This document shows, piece after piece, positions 60,840 to 64,000 of a stretch of DNA of 64,000 bases; the first letter of the stretch is position 1, and each line of letters begins with the position of its first letter. The notes under the pieces were generated by a model. That model did not search any database. It saw only the letters and a list, made by a program, of their open reading frames with translations, and had not been told where the DNA came from. The DNA is taken from the NCBI GenBank assembly GCA_023248155.1, contig JAHFFE010000001.1:148873-212872 (forward strand), in the 5' to 3' direction. The DNA comes from Candidatus Omnitrophota bacterium (GTDB lineage Bacteria > Omnitrophota > Gorgyraeia > 1-14-0-20-64-10). Position numbers and translations under genes: made by a program.

Positions 60840-61502
60840 ATGCAGCGACATTTCGACGAAGAACTCAAGCAGCTGCGCGACCGCCTGCTGGCAATGGGCG
60901 GCGCGTCCGAACAGATCGTCGGCAAAGCGGTCAAAGCGCTCGTGGAGCGGAACCTCGCGTTGGCGCAGGAAGTTTTGCGCGAAGACACGGCCATCAATCA
61001 GATGGAGGTGGAAATTGAGGACCTTTGCCTTAATTTGATGGCGCGTTATCAGCCCGAGGCGAAAGATTTGCGCACGGTCGCGATGATCTTTAAAATCGTC
61101 AACGATCTGGAGCGGGTGGGTGATCAGGCCGTCAATATCGCCGAGCGGACCGTTGATCTTCTCAAAGAACCGCTGTTGAAGCCGCTGATCGATATTCCGC
61201 GCATGGCGGCGCTGGCCCAGCAGATGCTCAAAGACGCGCTCGACGCATTTGTGAACCATAACACGGAAATGGCCCGCGATGTTTGCCGGCGCGACGAGCA
61301 GGTCGATCATCTCAATGATCAGATCTACAAGGAGTTGCTGGTTTTTATGACTCAGGATCCCAAAACAATCATCCGCGCGATGGATCTGATTCTGGTCGGC
61401 CGGCATCTGGAGCGGGTGGCCGATCACGCGACGAACATCGCCGAAGATGTTTATTACCTCGTCAAAGGAACTACGATCAAACATCGCCTGGCTGGCAACT
61501 GA
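60840..61502 (+). CDS. phoU: phosphate signaling complex protein PhoU
   Basis: 220 aa; two PhoU repeats (DLERVGDQAVNIAE / HLERVADHATNIAE). Confidence 0.9.
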   Translation: MQRHFDEELKQLRDRLLAMGGASEQIVGKAVKALVERNLALAQEVLREDTAINQMEVEIEDLCLNLMARYQPEAKDLRTVAMIFKIVNDLERVGDQAVNIAERTVDLLKEPLLKPLIDIPRMAALAQQMLKDALDAFVNHNTEMARDVCRRDEQVDHLNDQIYKELLVFMTQDPKTIIRAMDLILVGRHLERVADHATNIAEDVYYLVKGTTIKHRLAGN

Positions 61503-61512
61503 CAGGGATTGG

Positions 61513-62715
61513 ATGTTTGAATTATTCAAGAAAAAAAATTTTACGCTGCTCTGGTGGGGACAGCTCTGCTCGCAATTCGGCGACCGCCTGATTCAGATGA
61601 TTCTCGTCGGGCTTGTGGCAGCGCACGCGTCCGGTTCCAGCCTCACGCTGGCCAAAGTGCTGGCATTTACCTCGCTGCCGGCCTTGATCGTCAGTCCGAT
61701 CGCCGGCGCCTATGTCGACCGCTGGAACCGAAAACGGACCATGATCATCTGCGATTTAATCCGCTCCGGCCTCATTTTACTGCTTCCGTTCTTGGCTGCC
61801 TGGCCGAATCATCTGTTCCTCTATATGAATGTGTTCGGCTTGTTTGCCGTGGCCAGTTTTTTTGTGCCGGCCCGGCTGGCGATCATTCCCGATTTAGTTG
61901 AGCAGTCACAGTTGGCCACAGCCAATGCGGTCTTTACCACTTCGGGCATGGTCGGCGGCGCGCTCACGCTGTTGATTGGCGCGTTGCTGGTGGAATGGTT
62001 CGGGACCGCGAAATCCTGCTGGGTTAACTCGGCTGCCTATACCGCCTCAGCGCTGCTGATTCTTCCGATCCGTTCATCGTCCGGTTTTCTGGTACCTGCC
62101 GCCGAAGCTCCGCTTAAAATTATGGAGGAAGTTTGGGAAGGGGTGAACCAGCTCTGGCGGCATGACAACACGCGCCGCGTCGTCGGGCTGCTGGCCATTT
62201 TAACAGCGGGCGGCGGTTCCGCCATGGTGGTTGGAACCATTTTGGTGCAGCGTTGTCTGGGAACAATTACCAAAGACCTTGGATTTTTAAGTTTATGGCT
62301 GGGCATCGGCATGTTTCTGGGTACCGTCATTTATGGACGATGGGGTGCCAGGCATACCCGCCGCGTCGTGCTGGGATTTTCGTTTGTGGGGGCCGGTCTT
62401 TCGCTGGCTGCGTTTATGGGAGCCATTGCGTTGTTGCGTTCAGGCGCTGCGGCATCGGTGGCAGCACTCGGTATGGGCATCTGCGTCGGACCGGCCGGTG
62501 TGTTGGCCAACACGCTGGTGCATGAAGCGCATCCCGAGCGTATGCACGGCCGCATTTTCAGCAGCCTGGGTATCGTCGTGAATATTTCGTTTATCAGCTC
62601 GATGCTTAGCGCCGGCTGGATCGCCGAACGGTTCGGCGACCTCTGGATGTTGTCGGGCGTGGCGGCCGTTTTTGCCTTCTGCGGGCTGGCTTTGATATAC
62701 TATAAGGAACGGTAA
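61513..62715 (+). CDS. MFS transporter
   Basis: About 12 TM helices; YVDRWNRKRTM motif-A-like loop. Confidence 0.75.
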   Translation: MFELFKKKNFTLLWWGQLCSQFGDRLIQMILVGLVAAHASGSSLTLAKVLAFTSLPALIVSPIAGAYVDRWNRKRTMIICDLIRSGLILLLPFLAAWPNHLFLYMNVFGLFAVASFFVPARLAIIPDLVEQSQLATANAVFTTSGMVGGALTLLIGALLVEWFGTAKSCWVNSAAYTASALLILPIRSSSGFLVPAAEAPLKIMEEVWEGVNQLWRHDNTRRVVGLLAILTAGGGSAMVVGTILVQRCLGTITKDLGFLSLWLGIGMFLGTVIYGRWGARHTRRVVLGFSFVGAGLSLAAFMGAIALLRSGAAASVAALGMGICVGPAGVLANTLVHEAHPERMHGRIFSSLGIVVNISFISSMLSAGWIAERFGDLWMLSGVAAVFAFCGLALIYYKER

Positions 62716-62729
62716 GAGGAGATTTTCAA

Positions 62730-63059
62730 ATGGGAAACGCTACAGTTGCAATCAAAGATGATGTCGCTTTTGAAACGCTGTTAAAAGGACCGGCTCCCGC
62801 GCTGATCGATTTCTGGGCCGAGTGGTGCGCGCCCTGCCGCGCGCTGGCGCCCGCATTGGATGAACTGGCGCAGAAATACACCGGAAAATTCGTTGTGGCC
62901 AAGGTCAATGTGGACGAGTACCAGGACTTAGCCGCCAAGTTCGGGATTATGAACATCCCGACGATGATCTTTTTCAAGAACGGTCAGGAAGTCGACCGCG
63001 CCGTAGGGTTGCAGCAAAAGGCGCAGCTCGACGCGAAGATCCAGAATTTAATCGGCTAG
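62730..63059 (+). CDS. trxA: thioredoxin
   Basis: WCAPC active site; 109 aa. Confidence 0.9.
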   Translation: MGNATVAIKDDVAFETLLKGPAPALIDFWAEWCAPCRALAPALDELAQKYTGKFVVAKVNVDEYQDLAAKFGIMNIPTMIFFKNGQEVDRAVGLQQKAQLDAKIQNLIG

Positions 63060-63079
63060 TTGAGAACAGTTCTTCGGCA

Positions 63080-64000
<921 letters not shown>

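Overview
High-GC bacterial chromosomal segment of about 64 kb (roughly 58-62% GC) with a few lower-GC inserts; I could not assign the phylum from sequence alone. Annotation is by reading the six-frame ORFs and raw sequence for motifs, with no database search. Left to right: a geranylgeranyl-reductase-family flavoprotein, a HIT protein, an M48 peptidase and a PilZ protein. A minus-strand lipid-catabolism cluster follows: lysophospholipase-like hydrolase, acyl-CoA ligase, enoyl-CoA hydratase, 3-hydroxyacyl-CoA dehydrogenase, and a cNMP-binding/patatin phospholipase. Next is a ~260-nt candidate structured small RNA with its own promoter, terminal helix and U-tail; its class is unresolved. Then era, malQ, an RHH-Doc toxin-antitoxin pair, and a 2171-aa secreted multidomain giant protein (actin-like ATPase/ROK-like, possible DUF89-like, NAGPA-like phosphodiester glycosidase), followed by a Nudix hydrolase. 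nuoJKLMN runs directly into a complete F1Fo ATP synthase operon (atpZ-I-B-E-F-H-A-G-D-C) whose epsilon subunit is unusually short. After that come an ArsB/NhaD permease, Bcp peroxiredoxin and a GATase1 protein. A metal-handling cluster follows: Cys/His-rich small proteins, an RHH+Cys4 candidate regulator, ZnuA/ZnuB-like substrate-binding protein and permease with no ATPase gene, a Cys-rich secreted protein, an outer-membrane barrel, and a NicO transporter. Within it a lower-GC GT-C glycosyltransferase gene is bracketed by ~35-bp direct repeats. tRNA-Thr(CGU) is followed by a 37% GC insert, a Phd/RelE toxin-antitoxin pair and an SLT transglycosylase. Then a dienelactone hydrolase, a large six-hairpin glycosidase, a PP-loop ATPase and OsmC. 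The window ends with a Pho regulon block (phoB-phoR, porin, pstSCAB-phoU) carrying TTACA(G/A) direct repeats with 11-bp phasing, an MFS transporter, trxA, purN and the start of eno. No CRISPR array, rRNA or recognisable transposase/integrase was seen.
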